A program made the translations under genes and the position numbers. A DNA stretch of 64,000 bases. It comes from an uncultured Bifidobacteriaceae bacterium. GTDB lineage: Bacteria > Acidobacteriota > Vicinamibacteria > Vicinamibacterales > JAENWD01. This document shows positions 63,431 to 64,000 of the stretch, one piece after another (within the stretch, counting starts at the first letter, position 1; every line of letters starts with the position of its first letter). The stretch lies in NCBI GenBank assembly GCA_964446605.1, contig CAYUPN010000002.1:38788-102787 (forward strand), given 5' to 3'. The notes below the pieces were generated by a model. The model ran no database searches. It saw only the letters and a program-made list of their open reading frames with translations, and was not told the DNA's origin.

Positions 63431-64000
63431 ATGAGCACTACTACGATCGCTGATACGGATCGGGCGTCACACACGGCTGCCGAGCGCGTGCTGATCGTCG
63501 AGGACGACAGCGCCGCCCGCACCGGCCTGACCGAGCTGATTCGGACCTGGGGCTTCCTGACGGATTCGGCGGCGGACGGCGAGGAGGCGCTGCAGAAGAT
63601 CGCGCAGTTCCGCCCGTCCATCGTGCTGACCGATCTGGTGATGCCCCGGCGGACCGGGCTCGAGTTGCTGGAGGCGCTCCGGGAGATCGACCCGGGAATC
63701 GCCGTCATCCTGCTCACCGCGCAGGGGACGGTCGAAACCGCCGTGGAGGCGATTCGCAGCGGCGCCTACGATTACCTGACCAAGCCGGTCGACCCGCAGC
63801 GTCTCCGGATTCTCCTCGACAAGGCGGCCGAGCGTCAGAACACGCTGCGGGAGGTGCAGGTCCTGCGCCGCACGCTGCGCGACAAGGGCGCCTTCGGGCG
63901 GATGATCGGCGCCAGCCCGGAGATGCGCCGCATCTACCAGGTGGTCGAGCAGGCGGCCCCGACGACGGCCTCGGTGCTGATCACGGGAGAGTCGGGCACG
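63431..64000 (+). CDS. NtrC-type sigma-54 response regulator (3'-truncated by the window)
   Basis: VLIVEDD, DLVMP, TAQG, GAYDYLTKP, MIGASPEM, VLITGESGT. Confidence 0.9.
   Translation, partial: MSTTTIADTDRASHTAAERVLIVEDDSAARTGLTELIRTWGFLTDSAADGEEALQKIAQFRPSIVLTDLVMPRRTGLELLEALREIDPGIAVILLTAQGTVETAVEAIRSGAYDYLTKPVDPQRLRILLDKAAERQNTLREVQVLRRTLRDKGAFGRMIGASPEMRRIYQVVEQAAPTTASVLITGESGT

Overview
Very GC-rich, gene-dense bacterial chromosomal window. It is probably Acidobacteriota (Vicinamibacteria-like); this is inferred from the acidobacterial-type PadR/permease-prefix pair, many sigma-54 regulators and a diderm TamB/Omp85 module. Housekeeping blocks are lysA-tmk, rplU-rpmA-obgE-nadD-rsfS-bEBP-comF, dprA-topA-trmFO-xerC, hslV-hslU, tal, and a biotin-dependent carboxylase-tamB-omp85-surA-like run. 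Accessory modules are a Csu/spore-coat-U-type chaperone-usher pilus with a divergent two-component pair and an ECF/anti-sigma operon, a GH29 fucosidase, and a CPBP + GT-C + 4xGT4 + methyltransferase cluster. I found no rRNA, tRNA, CRISPR array, transposase or prophage. The most notable observations are: (1) four co-oriented, 10-bp-phased GATC arrays associated with covarying REP-like hairpins; (2) CAGGGRN heptamer arrays inserted in frame in trmFO and an ABC-F gene; (3) a sensor-less sigma-54 activator homologue whose Walker B Glu is replaced by Arg; (4) a half-size pilin-like gene converging on a pilus operon that lacks a two-domain adhesin; (5) four well-formed sigma-54 promoters, one with a consensus IHF site heading a putative surface-glycosylation system. 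All product calls come from motif recognition only; no database searches were run, and start codons are best estimates.
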